Shown here: positions 1 through 11,440 of the stretch, one piece after another
How positions within the stretch are numbered: position 1 is the first letter of the stretch
Layout: the number at the start of each line of letters is the position of its first letter
Source of the DNA: Haplodiscus bocki
Taxonomy: Eukaryota
Direction: 5' to 3'
DNA length: 64,000 nucleotides
NCBI GenBank assembly: GCA_965655095.1
Contig: OZ296656.1
Coordinates: 71,238,001-71,302,000 of the forward strand
The notes under the pieces: model-generated
What the model was told of the DNA's origin: nothing
The model's database searches: none
The model's input: only the letters and a program-made list of their open reading frames with translations
Position numbers and translations under genes: made by a program

Positions 1-23
1 TAAACTTCTACAATAACCAAGAA

Positions 24-1157
24 ATGTCACTTTACAACCAAGAAACAACAAACAATGTCAACCAAGAAATAATGAAACCAAGTTATTCTGGAATTGCGTC
101 GAACAATGTACCACCACCAAGAATTACGAACTTTTTAAAACTCAAGATCATTCCTCCATTCAACAAAGAGCATTTTGTAACAAAGAACACATTCGAATCG
201 GCTTCCAATCAATGTATTGCTACAATCCTAAGACAATTCTCTCCGGAACAACGAACAAAAATTACTCTGTCCAACACTTTTACGATTGTTGGAACCCGGC
301 GCCTGCATACATTTCATCTTGTTGCACCCACTGAGGCCGCGAGTACTGTTGAACGGTTACTATCTTCTGGAATCGAGTTACTTGGGAGAACTGTGTTCCC
401 CCAAAGTGACTCATTTGAACGGTGTATCCCTGGGATCTATCCAAAGTTTGTCCACATTCGCATCTTGCAATTACCATCAATTTGCCAGGATGACGAACTG
501 TCCGACCTCCTCCAACTTCCTGACTCAACGCAAATTACCTCGGTAAAGCACAATACAGAGGTATCAGCAATGATTCGTGTGGTATCCAAAGACCATGAAG
601 AGGAACTAAGACAATGGTCAATCAGGAATCATGAGAATGGAAATCTGCAATGGCATGATATCCCAATTTATGCATTCATCCCTGCGTTGCACCAGTGCCA
701 GCACTGTAAGGACAACAAACGACCTTTCCATGGGCATGACATTGCATGGTGTCGCCATGCAAGAGACGAAACGCAACAAAGAACAACAATTACCACAAAT
801 GACTGCAACCAAGAAGAACAAGTTTCACTCGGCAACCAAGCAACTATTCATGAAGTCTCCATTCCTGCTACTGGAGAAACCAATGACATTAACATGAACC
901 AAGATAACACTTCTGATAGCAACCAAGATAACAATGACAACCAAGAAGAAATCGAAGCTAACACCGAAACTGATGATGAACCTCAGAACCAATGGCAAAC
1001 AGCGCAACCAAGACATACAACAACAGCAACCAAGTCTCAGTCACAACCACCCAATCTCAAGCAGACTAAAAGGAAAGCGGACAAAGCTCGACTTTTTATG
1101 ACCAAGAATTTTTCGACTCATACGCCTGTAACTAAGAGGAAAAAACCTGCAAAATAA
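24..1157 (+). CDS. E1 ORF1 nucleic-acid-binding (gag-like) protein, N-terminus probably outside the window
   Basis: Homologous to the ORF1s at 4848, 17589 and 28483 (LKLKIIPPF, GRTV.P, YPK..IRILQLP, CQHC-x9-H-x4-C, acidic linker, basic tail). Lacks the IDGM.FYNGRA segment seen in its paralogues. Confidence 0.8.
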   Translation: MSLYNQETTNNVNQEIMKPSYSGIASNNVPPPRITNFLKLKIIPPFNKEHFVTKNTFESASNQCIATILRQFSPEQRTKITLSNTFTIVGTRRLHTFHLVAPTEAASTVERLLSSGIELLGRTVFPQSDSFERCIPGIYPKFVHIRILQLPSICQDDELSDLLQLPDSTQITSVKHNTEVSAMIRVVSKDHEEELRQWSIRNHENGNLQWHDIPIYAFIPALHQCQHCKDNKRPFHGHDIAWCRHARDETQQRTTITTNDCNQEEQVSLGNQATIHEVSIPATGETNDINMNQDNTSDSNQDNNDNQEEIEANTETDDEPQNQWQTAQPRHTTTATKSQSQPPNLKQTKRKADKARLFMTKNFSTHTPVTKRKKPAK

Positions 1158-1180
1158 TCTTTTTTCTTTCATGATTCCAA

Positions 1181-4100
1181 ATGAATGTTTTCTCTTTAAA
1201 TTGTCGAGGTCTGAAAGACCATCGACGTCTTCAAATAATTGTGAATCAATATCTAAAACACTCAGACCTCGACAATCTTTGCATTTGCTTGCAAGAAACT
1301 AAGATTTCTAATATAACTAATAACCATCTAAAAATCCTGGAGCACTATCACCTTTCATACAATATATATCCATCAGAAGGTCAATCTGGGGGACTTCTGA
1401 CAATTTTTCCAGAAAACTACATACTGCTCAACTCGTATAAATCATCAAACACAATAAGTCTCCACTTTTCTCAACATAATTACACAATAACTAATACATA
1501 CATCAAACCGACTGACTACCACCTCCAACAATTTTTATCGGATATTCTTGTTATTGAAAACTTTCAATGCAATACTCACGTCATTTGTGGAGACTTCAAC
1601 GCCCTCCCATCATCTGACTGCACTTCCAATCGTCATGTGCCACATAATGACTTCCGTCTTCTCAGATATCATCGTATTATTGACATTCTTCAAAATCTTC
1701 ATGTTGTACGTGTTGAAGCTCAATCACCATCAACTAAATTCACACATTTTGATAAAAGATGTAACTCTTCCAGTCAAATTGACCACTTTTTCACTAACCA
1801 ACCTCACTTTGTCTATGAGACAACCAAAATCTCTTTCTCTGATCATGCTCTTCTTTCTCTTGTTATTTCCAATGTAGCTATGACTGGTACCAGCTACTGG
1901 AAACTTAATGATAATGCATTGCAACATCATGCCTATATAGCAAGCATTCTCTCGGATTCCCTACAAATGTCTCACAATCAGAGTAATTTGCACTTGCACT
2001 ATTACGATCTCGTTAAAAATAAAATGAGAGATGGTCTTCGTTCTCTATGCATTTACTTACATCGCCAGGCAATTCATGAGGAGCGATAATTGAGTGTAGA
2101 AATCACAAAGGTAGAAAATGAAATCTCTAATAATAGTGCTGATCCCGTTCTAATTAAACAATTGTCAAACTTAAATTCACAATTCTTGAACTACCAGATT
2201 ATGAAAGCCAAAAAAGACTTCAAACAAATCAAACAATATTTTACAGACTGTCATCATGGCGACTCACATTCTGTTAAGAAACTCATCCGCTCCCGTAGAC
2301 AAAAAACTAACATCGAATCAATTGACTTACCAGATGGTTCCTCCACATTTAACATTGATGACATCTTCCGTGAGTTCCACAACCATTTCCCTCAGCGTTT
2401 CACACAGCCACTCTACACAACACCAGACACAATTTCTCACTTCTCAAACATTGAGGACATTTTACAACCATTTCTAACAACACACTGGAATGCAATACAG
2501 GATAATATTGCTCAAAATACTAATCATTCACAGGTAACAGAACAAGAGGTTGAAGAGGCTATTAAAAAACTTAATTCAAATAGTGCTCCAGGATTAGATG
2601 GTTTAACATCTAACTTTTATAAAGCAAATGCAAATTTTTTGTTCCGTACTTAACTACTATATTTAACTTAATAATTATACATAATTGGGTTCCTGAATCC
2701 TTCACAAGAACTGTAATTAAATTAATTCCGAAAAAACCGGTTTCACGTACGGTTGAAGACTATCGTCCGATTAGCCTTATTAATACTGATCAAAAAATTC
2801 TGTCTCATCTTCTTGCCAATCGCCTAAAAAAATCACTGACGTCCCTCATTGGCTCACACCAAACTGCATATCTTCCTCAACGCTCAATTCACTCCTGGCT
2901 TACCCAAGTTAATCTAAACTTAGAACAACTCACTGATGAGGATTGTCTTGTTGCCTGTGATTTTAGCAAAGCTTTTGATAAAATCAACCGAACCTATCTT
3001 TTTGCTCTCCTACAACAAATCGGCCTCCATCCGTCTACTCTTGGTCTCATCAAAGCAATGTATCACCATACAGATGCATTTCTTGATATCAACGGATCGC
3101 TATCTCCGGTTATTTATATGACTAATGGTGTCCGTCAGGGCTGTCCACTTTCTTCTCTTCTCTTTATACTTGGCATTGAACCTTTCCTATTTCATCTCCA
3201 ACACAACAGCTCCATTCAATCATCTATCCCTTTCAAAATTATAGCATATGCGGACGACATTACATGCTGCCTCAAGATCAAAAGCCTCAAAAATCTCTTC
3301 TCTACTATCAATACTTTCTCTTCGGTTACAAATCTATATCTAAATCTACAAAAAAACTGAGATCTTATGCTCTGGATCACTTCCGCATGGTTTGCTATCG
3401 GTTCCCACTATCAAAATTTTAGGTGTGGAGTTTACTTTAAATAATTTAGCAATCCAAATGAACTCTGCGATCCTACAGGCACACAAATCCCGAATTTTTT
3501 GTAATCCATATAATACCTTTCTCGCTCGCGCCAAAAATGTTGAGACATTTGTTATGCAAAAACTCATTCACCAAATTCGCCATAAATATGTCTTGAAGAC
3601 GCAACTGGAAAAAATTGATAATATTGTTGTGGATTCAATCTGGTTAGGACGTAAACACAATCTGAAGAAAACTATTCTCCAGAAACCGTGGGCATCCATG
3701 GGAATTGGTCTTAAAAATTTTACACAGGTTATCACTGCAGCTAAAACTATTGACTATAAAAATTTTCTTCACTCAAACCCTACAAGCAATCAATACAGCC
3801 TCTTTCGTAAGTCCAAACTCTTCATCAATTTGAGACGCCTACTGCGGACCTTCAACTGTACCATCAGTACGGATAATTCCTCTCAAATAATTCTCTGCAA
3901 ATCATCTCAAATCTTAGTAATCACTCCATTAATGCGTACTCGTGAAGTTTATCGTTTTCTTAGCTCCACAAATACTCATGAATCGGTCTCGCGTCTTACA
4001 CAACTTGCGTCCCGTCTCAACTATCCACCAGACTTAATCTTTTTGTTTCTTCGGCGCCTATGGAAGCACAAAGCATATGCAGCTTTTGAGAAAAACTATC

Positions 4101-4432
4101 TCTACCAATTTTTCATGAACTGTTACTTAGACAAAACCATCAAATTCCAACATGGCTGGAGTGACACTCCTTTCTGCTGTTTCTGTGGCTCTGCCGAGGA
4201 AACTTTCCATCACTTGCTTTCCGTATGTCCCAACATTCCTCATTTGAATCTCTTTCCAACAATAGGTCACCCTCAACTGAACTTCCAGCACTCGAGTGAC
4301 ATTTATCCTTTCAAACGACTCATTGCGCTTCTTATTTGTTCATGGAGCAACGACTCGCACAAATTTCAAAAGTATTTCTTAAATTGTGTGAAGCTCAGGA
4401 ACCCTACTATTAGTCTTAATATTAATACATAA
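1181..4432 (+). pseudogene. E1 ORF2 (APE endonuclease + reverse transcriptase + zinc finger), disrupted
   Basis: LNCRGL, LQET, GDFN, IDH, SDH (APE); APGLDG, GVRQGCPLS, YADD (RT); CCFC..ETFHHL..C. Stop at 2087-2089 and frameshifts. Confidence 0.93.
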
Positions 4433-4603
4433 ACACTTGGAACTAAGCTCGGCACGCAACCAAGTTCTTAAGATTCCTTGAATTTCTCTGTCAACTTAGA
4501 TAACTGTAAAGTTTTTTTGATTAATGATTCTTTATTTTGTTGTGTGTGTGTGTTTTCGCCTTGATTGATATGTAGAATACTTTAATGAATAAATTCTTTA
4601 AAA

Positions 4604-6111
4604 GCCTAACTGTTGATAACGCCTTTTGATTGTGATAGCTATTACTCGCTTGAATCCTTGGCTCGCTATTAATTGGCCGTCTCCTGTTGACTCAGGATTC
4701 TTGTCAATTTTTACCACATACTATTGTGGTGAAATTATCATTTGGAAATTGGAATTTATTCAAGTCTTCATTACCTTGCTTACGACCTGTGCTGGAATTG
4801 TGCTACAACTGAATTCTTTTCAGTTCTAGTTCAACCTCTATTACATAATGGAACAACCAACGGCCCTGCTCGACAACGTCTCTTCTTCTTCTTTAGCAAC
4901 CGGCAACCCGACAACGGCTAGACCATGTTATCTAACTCCTGAACAACGCGTACAATTCTACAACCAAGCACCATCAATGAACAACCAAGAATCTCCACTG
5001 CAAAACCAAGATGCACCACCTCAATCTATCACTAAATACATTGACCAAGCACTTCAGCAACCAAGTTACTCTGGAATTGCAACTGATAACCAAGCACCTC
5101 AACAACCAAGTTACTCTGGAATTGCATGCAACAACATTCCTCAACCAAGAACCATGAACATTCTCAAACTCAAAATTATCCCACCATTCAACAAAGACCA
5201 CTTCGCAACCAAGGAAACCTTCGAAACAGCCTCCAACCAATGTATCGCTGCTATTCTACGTCAATTCTCGCCGCAACTAAGAACGAAACTAACTATCTCA
5301 AAAACCTTCACCATGGTCGGAACACGCAGACTTCATACTTTCCACATTGTTGCTCCAATCGAGGCCACTGAAGTATTTTCTCGACTCCAGTCAAGTGGAA
5401 TTGAGATGCTAGGAAGAACAGTCATTCCCCAGGGTGACTCTTTTGAACGCTACATCCCAGGAATCTATCCGAAACACACTCCGGTACGAATCCTGCAACT
5501 TCCCTCACTGTGCCACGAACAAGAGATCCACGATATTCTTGATTTACCAGAATCCACTGAAATTACGTCTCTACGCCACAATACCGATGTGATCGACGGC
5601 ATGAATTTCTACAATGGGCGTGCATCAGCCATGGTTCGGGTAGTTTCAAAAGAACATGAGCAGATGCTACGTGAATGGTCGATCCGAAGTCATGAAAATG
5701 GGACACATGAATGGAACGGCATTCCAATTTATGCATTTATACCCTCACTTCATCACTGTCAACATTGTAAGGTTCACCGTCGGCCCTTCCACGGCCATGA
5801 CATTGCCTGGTGTCGATATGCAAAGGCCGATGAGCAACTAAGAACAATTCCTACTCCCAACAATGGCAACCAAGAGATCTCTGCTCAACCAAGTAACAAC
5901 GTCTCAACTTCTGAACCCACCGCTCAAACTGATGAAACTAATGTATCGAATGTGACTCCTGACGAAACCTCTGATGAAACTGACAACCAAGAAGATACTG
6001 AAACAAACAGCGAAGAAGATGACTCACAACGCCCATGGCAGACTGCACCCACACACTCAACCAAGACTCTATCTGCAACTAAGACCCAATCGCAACCATC
6101 TCCGTTTGACA
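4604..6111 (+). mobile_element. E2: family A element, 3'-truncated within ORF1
   Basis: Near-identical to 17343-18851. ORF1 from 4848 breaks at TTTGACA (6111) and joins the next unit's motif directly. Confidence 0.92.
5044..5135 (+). repeat. Two-copy 45-bp in-frame repeat in E2 ORF1 (QA.QQPSYSGIA); also in E5
   Basis: Visible in both DNA and translation. Confidence 0.85.
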
Positions 6112-6290
6112 GCCTAATTGTTGTGATAGCTCTTCTTGCTTGAATCTGAACTCTATTGCTGCTGATATTACAGCCTTTGTTGTGATTAATCATCGCTTGT
6201 AAAAGCGTTGTATTCACGTTACCTTGTACGTTACCTTGTGTAACCTTGTGTATTTACCTTGCCTATTTATTGTTAATATGACATTACATT

Positions 6291-7577
6291 ATGCCTTCTA
6301 TCCAAAAATTTCTGGAGTCACCAGTGACCAAGAAAAACTTTCCTAAATACCCTCATTCTCAAAACAAAACACCACAAAACAACTCAACAGAACCACAAAT
6401 TATAACAGAAACAACAACACAAATTGAAGAAGTGAAGAAAAATCCTGAACCTGCCCAAGTGCAACAAACTTCAGCCTCAGCATCTTACAGCGAAAGCGTC
6501 CAGACAGAGGCTCGAACTCGATCACAACGGATTATCAGAATGAAAATTGTACCACCATTTCGACGCGATCACTTCCAGTACCCCCAACTTCTCCAACAGG
6601 ATATCGACAAAGCCATGTGTGAAATCCTAAATGCATTCCAAATGAAACATCGCAATAAAATCACAATTTCCAGAACTAACCTAATGCAACAAGGCAGGAA
6701 CCTCCAAATCTTAATGGTAACGGCCCCAGGAGAGGCGGAGGAGGACGTGGCCAGAGCCAAACTATCCGGACTCCAAATCATGGGAAGAACGGTATTTCCA
6801 ACAGGGGACGAATTCTGGCGTTACTCCCCAAGCGAATATCCGAAGCGAGCTATGATAAGGATAACCAATTTACCTGTATTACTCGACACCGATGAACTGG
6901 AAGAATTACTGAATCTACCACCGGAAACTGAACTTAATGACCTCATGGAGAGAGAGACGGTGACTACAGAGGCAGGAAAAGTCCACACCGGACGAGCTCG
7001 AATACCAATTCTAATTCAGTCAAAATCGCATGAAGAAAAACTGTTTACATGGTCCATGTGGAGGAATTCCGACGCTGGGAGACTGGAGTGGAACGAGATC
7101 CCCATATACATGTCGATTCCCAGGCTCCACAAATGTGTAAGATGCGAAGCTGAAGGTCGCCGACAGTTCGTCGGCCATGACGAAAAGTGGTGCCGAATCG
7201 TCCGCCAGACTACGAAACCCCCTGAAGAAGATCCTCAAGTCCATGAAAAGATAGAAGATGAAGAGCAGACGGTGGCTGAAGGTGAAGTTACACAACAGAC
7301 TGGAACAGAAGTAGAGGAGGAAAACGTCAATGAAAACCCCACATCAACTGAAACAGAAGAAGACGAGGATACCCAAAGCTCAGAAGAAGAGGACAATTGC
7401 AACCATGAAAACAAAGACATGACGAATGAGGGTGAGGCAGAACACACAGGGAACAAATGGCAACCGGCAAAAAAGAAAAAGAGGAAAAGAAGTAAAGAAT
7501 CATCGAAAAGCAAAACTACAATAAGAAGCAAAACGGAAGGACCGAAAAGGAAAAGTAGGAACTATATTAATGACTGA
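6291..7577 (+). CDS. E3 ORF1 protein (428 aa, open)
   Basis: MKIVPPFRRDHF, GRTVFPTGDEFW, RITNLP, TGRARI, CVRC-x10-H-x4-C, acidic region, KKKKRKR basic stretch. Confidence 0.85.
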   Translation: MPSIQKFLESPVTKKNFPKYPHSQNKTPQNNSTEPQIITETTTQIEEVKKNPEPAQVQQTSASASYSESVQTEARTRSQRIIRMKIVPPFRRDHFQYPQLLQQDIDKAMCEILNAFQMKHRNKITISRTNLMQQGRNLQILMVTAPGEAEEDVARAKLSGLQIMGRTVFPTGDEFWRYSPSEYPKRAMIRITNLPVLLDTDELEELLNLPPETELNDLMERETVTTEAGKVHTGRARIPILIQSKSHEEKLFTWSMWRNSDAGRLEWNEIPIYMSIPRLHKCVRCEAEGRRQFVGHDEKWCRIVRQTTKPPEEDPQVHEKIEDEEQTVAEGEVTQQTGTEVEEENVNENPTSTETEEDEDTQSSEEEDNCNHENKDMTNEGEAEHTGNKWQPAKKKKRKRSKESSKSKTTIRSKTEGPKRKSRNYIND

Positions 7578-10500
7578 TCTTTCCTTTTTGGAGTCGTTAG
7601 ACTTCTTTTCTTTAAATGTAAGAGGGCTCAGTAACCCTGAGCGTCTTACTGAGGTATGTAATATTACAAAAAATCAAAGTAAAAGTAACAAAATAATCAT
7701 AGCATTACAAGAAACTAAACTAATGAAAATGAAGGAGGCACATTATAGGATCATCAAAAAATTTGGTTTTTCGCACGAAATGGTTCCTGCTAATAGCAAT
7801 GCAGGAGGTCTCATGATTCTTTATCCAAAAGATTGTCAAATGACCCCTATGATGAAAAACGAAAACTTGCTGGCTATTGTTCTGAATCTTAATGGGTGTG
7901 AAAACTCAATAATAGCAAATGTATATATTAACCCAAAAGACCACAAAATCGAGAAATTTAGGAAGTCTTTTGAAGAGCTTGATCATACAAATCCTATCAT
8001 AGCAATGGGAGACTTTAATGCGATTGATTACGAAAATATCGTGGAAAATCAAAAACCTCCAAAAACCAATGATATAAGAGTTTTACGTTACAATAAAATC
8101 ACTCAAATTTTTGGTGGTCAAAAGATGTATGACTTAGGCAAAGCCCTAAGCATAACACGACCCACCCATTATGACAAAAGAACAAGAGCCAGCAACCTAA
8201 TTGACTACTTTTTCGGTAACTTTCCCTCCGAAAACCTGGAGATGTCTCTCTATATAACTTCCTTCTCGGATCATAAATGTTTACATCTTACGTTTAATGT
8301 CAACCAAACCTCAATGGGTAAAGGTATCTGGCGTCTGAATGACGAGATCTTAGAGGATAAAACCATGATTACCCAAATATTACACCAATAATTTGAATCC
8401 AATCACTGTAATGCAAAAAACTACGATATTTTCAAATCGAGAATCCGTGACGCTCTTAGAATAATCTGTATCAGAAACATAAAAAAGAAGAAAATGCTAG
8501 AGAAACAACTCATGAAAGAAGTTGAAAACTCAGAGAGACATCTCCAGGCAAAAATTAAAGCAGATCCAAAAGACCTCAAGGATCATGAAGATAAAATTCT
8601 AAATCTTAAAACCTTCCAGCAAAAAGAAGCAACACTTATTGCGAAATCTATTAAAAATCTTTATCTTGATGTTAGTGAAGGAGATCCGAAAACCACAAAA
8701 CTTATGGTGAGGTGTATGCAAAGCAAACAAGAAATCAGAAAAATTATCACAAAGTCAGGCGAAGCCGTAACTGACCAAGATGAAATTGTTGATAAATTTG
8801 CGGAATTTTTTGAGGAATGCTATCAAAAAAATCAAACTTCTAATGAAAAAATCAGCCAGTTATATCTAAATAACTTCTTCCAGAAGAATGAAAAAAAGCT
8901 CAGGAAGTTTGAACTTGGCGAAATATACAAAAACAATGATGATAACCCAATTACAGAATTCGAAGTTGAAAAAGCAATAATGAAACTCAATAGCAGAAGT
9001 GCACCAGGTTCAGATGGCCTCACCTCTGACCTCTATAAAACTCAAAAAGAATTCTTTGTTCCGCTTCTAACTAAGCTTTTCAATGACATATACAAAACCT
9101 CAAATGTTTCTCCTTCATTTGAACAAGCCATCATAAAAGTAATACCAAAAAAACCAAACGTATATGATATCGGCAACTTCCGGCCCATCAGTCTTATAAA
9201 TACGGACCAAAAAATCCTATCACACATTTTAGCCTTCAGATTAAAAAAAGTGCTTGACATATTGATTGGGCCACATCAAACAGCCCACCTTACAAACAGA
9301 AACATTAACCTTTCATTAATGAAACTTTAAACCTTTGCCACTAAAATGTCGAAGAGAGAAGGTATTGTTGCTTTAGATTTCAATAAAGCCTTTGATAAAG
9401 TAGATCGAAACTATATGATGAACCTCATACATCACCTTCCGATTGATTGTCAAACCAAAAACATTATAGAAAAAATGTATGAAAACACGAGAGCACTAGT
9501 AAATGTTGGAGGTGTTTTTTGAGCTCCCTTCAAAACTGAAACTGGTGTCCGCCAAGGTTGCCCAGTCTCAGCTCTAGTGTTTAATCTCGCGATTGAACCT
9601 TTGTTACAAAGAATTCAAAGATCAAAGCTCATTCAATCCTCTCAAAAAACCAAATGTGTTGCGTTTGCAGATGATGTCTCCATTTGCATGAACTTGCACT
9701 CCATTCGCAACCTTAGGACTTCTCTAAATAATTTTGCAAAAATATCTGGTTTGACAGTCAATATAAATAAAAGCAAGGTCCTAACACAAGGGAAAACTTA
9801 TAAACAGGAAAAATGGAAACTTGAGAAAGTATCAAAAACAAGAATCCTCGGGTTAAATATCAACATTGGCAGCAAAATCGATATCCAAACCAAAAACGAT
9901 CTTATCAACACAGCAAGAAAATCATCTCTGTATGTAGGACCTACTGTATCTCTCTACGCTCGTGCAAAAAACATAGAAACGTTCATCCTTCCAAAACCTA
10001 TCTACTCTTTAAGACACTATACAGCGATAAAAACGTTATTAAGAAAACTGAATTGTCAAATGATCAATCAACTGTGGCTAGAGAAGAAACATAACGTCAA
10101 CCAAGAAATTGTCAATACTCCTATCAAAGATGGAGGGATAGGCTTGAAAAACCTCGAAAAGTGTGTATTAACAGCCAAGATAATGAACCTCAAATTATTA
10201 GCATTTAATCCAATGGAAACACACTTCCTCACGTTTCAAAGAAAGCAAAGCTTTCAGTCTCCTGGAAAAATATCTGAAAGACTCCGGCATTGAAATTCTG
10301 GAACTCTCCCAACAAAAACTGACTATTCAATACTTCTTCCAAAATATTGAAATCACGTCATCGACAACTTCAAAAGAACTCTATGAGTTTCTAGTCAAAT
10401 CCATTATCGCGATACCATGTTTTAAACACATCAAATGTCTGCAATGAAAAAGCAAATTTCTCCCAACATAATTTTTGACTTCATAACTCGAATATGGAAA

Positions 10501-10851
10501 AACAGGAGACTCAAATCGTTCGATAAAAACATTTTATATAACTTCCTAATGAACGCCTACCTCGATAAACAAGAGAAATGGTTGAAAAACTTAGTGCCTC
10601 ACCCTCTCTGTTTTGCATGTGAGGAGTACTTTGAAACTTGGCATCACCTAATGTTTGAATGCCCGAAACTAGCGCCAACCATAAAAGCTCTCAATATCAA
10701 ACACTGGAGTGACGTCTTCCAAGACAAAACATACGTAACACCAAAAGTACTAGTAGCAATAATACTATCCTCCTGGACTGAAAGCCCAAGAAAATACCTA
10801 AACTTTTTTCTTAAAAAAACAACGCTATCATATGAGTTACATACCTCGTAG
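7570..10851 (+). pseudogene. E3 ORF2 EN-RT, disrupted
   Basis: LNVRGL, LQET, GDFN, SDH, APGSDG, RPISLINTDQKI, FADD, CFAC..ETWHHL..EC; in-frame stops at 8391 and 9330 plus further lesions. Confidence 0.93.
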
Positions 10852-11006
10852 GTTTTTGAAGTCTATTTTGATATTCTGTTGATAAAATTGATTTATATTT
10901 GATTTCTTTGTGTTTTGATTTGATTTGATTCATTGATTTGTTTATTTTTATTTTTCTTTTCCATGATACTTGTAGATATTTAGTTGTAATAATACATTAT
11001 TCAAAA

Positions 11007-11440
11007 GCCTAATTGTTGTGATATCGCTTACGATTGCTTGCTTGCCTTGCTTGAATCTAGCTGATTGCGCGCATAGATTGGCTGTCTCCTGTTGATTGAG
11101 GATTCGTTACGTCTTGTGGTTCTCATTTCATCACATTTTTTGGGGTGAAAAACATTACTTCGAAATCTTCTTGCTTATTAATTCTTATTCATTGTTACAT
11201 TTCGCTTTGCTTTACATCGCTGCTTGTTCTGAACGGTCAACGCAGTGTCCTCACCCTGTGAATACTGAACTTGATTCAGTTTCAGCACCACAATTCAACA
11301 ATGGAACGACCACAGGCCCTGACCGACAATGTTTCTCTCTGTCCTCCACTGAATATTGGCCCTTCCGAAATGGCACGACAATGTCAAATGAAACTTGAAC
11401 AACAAAGAATACAATTCTACAAGAACCAAGGAACTTCATC
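11007..11440 (+). mobile_element. E4: family A 5' fragment (5' UTR and first codons of ORF1), 3'-truncated
   Basis: Starts with the junction motif; near-identical to 43522-~43946; homology stops near 11440. Confidence 0.88.

Larger units (their letters stand above)
1..4603 (+). mobile_element. E1: L1/Tx1-like non-LTR retrotransposon, family A (5' end lies outside the window)
   Basis: ORF1 24-1157, fragmented ORF2 1181-4432 with EN/RT motifs, T-rich 3' UTR ending AATAAATTCTTTAAAA at 4588-4603, directly followed by the junction motif. Confidence 0.93.
6112..11006 (+). mobile_element. E3: family B (subfamily B1) full-length Tx1-like element
   Basis: Starts GCCTAATTGTTGTGATA; ORF1 6291-7577, ORF2 7570-10851; ends AATACATTATTCAAAA. 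Confidence 0.93.

Noticed and set aside
4626-4829. 67-aa hydrophobic ORF in the E2/E5 5' UTR (similarly 11096-11398 and 43602-43904) as an ORF0
   Set aside because: Non-ATG starts, T-rich UTR composition, and not conserved between family A subfamilies
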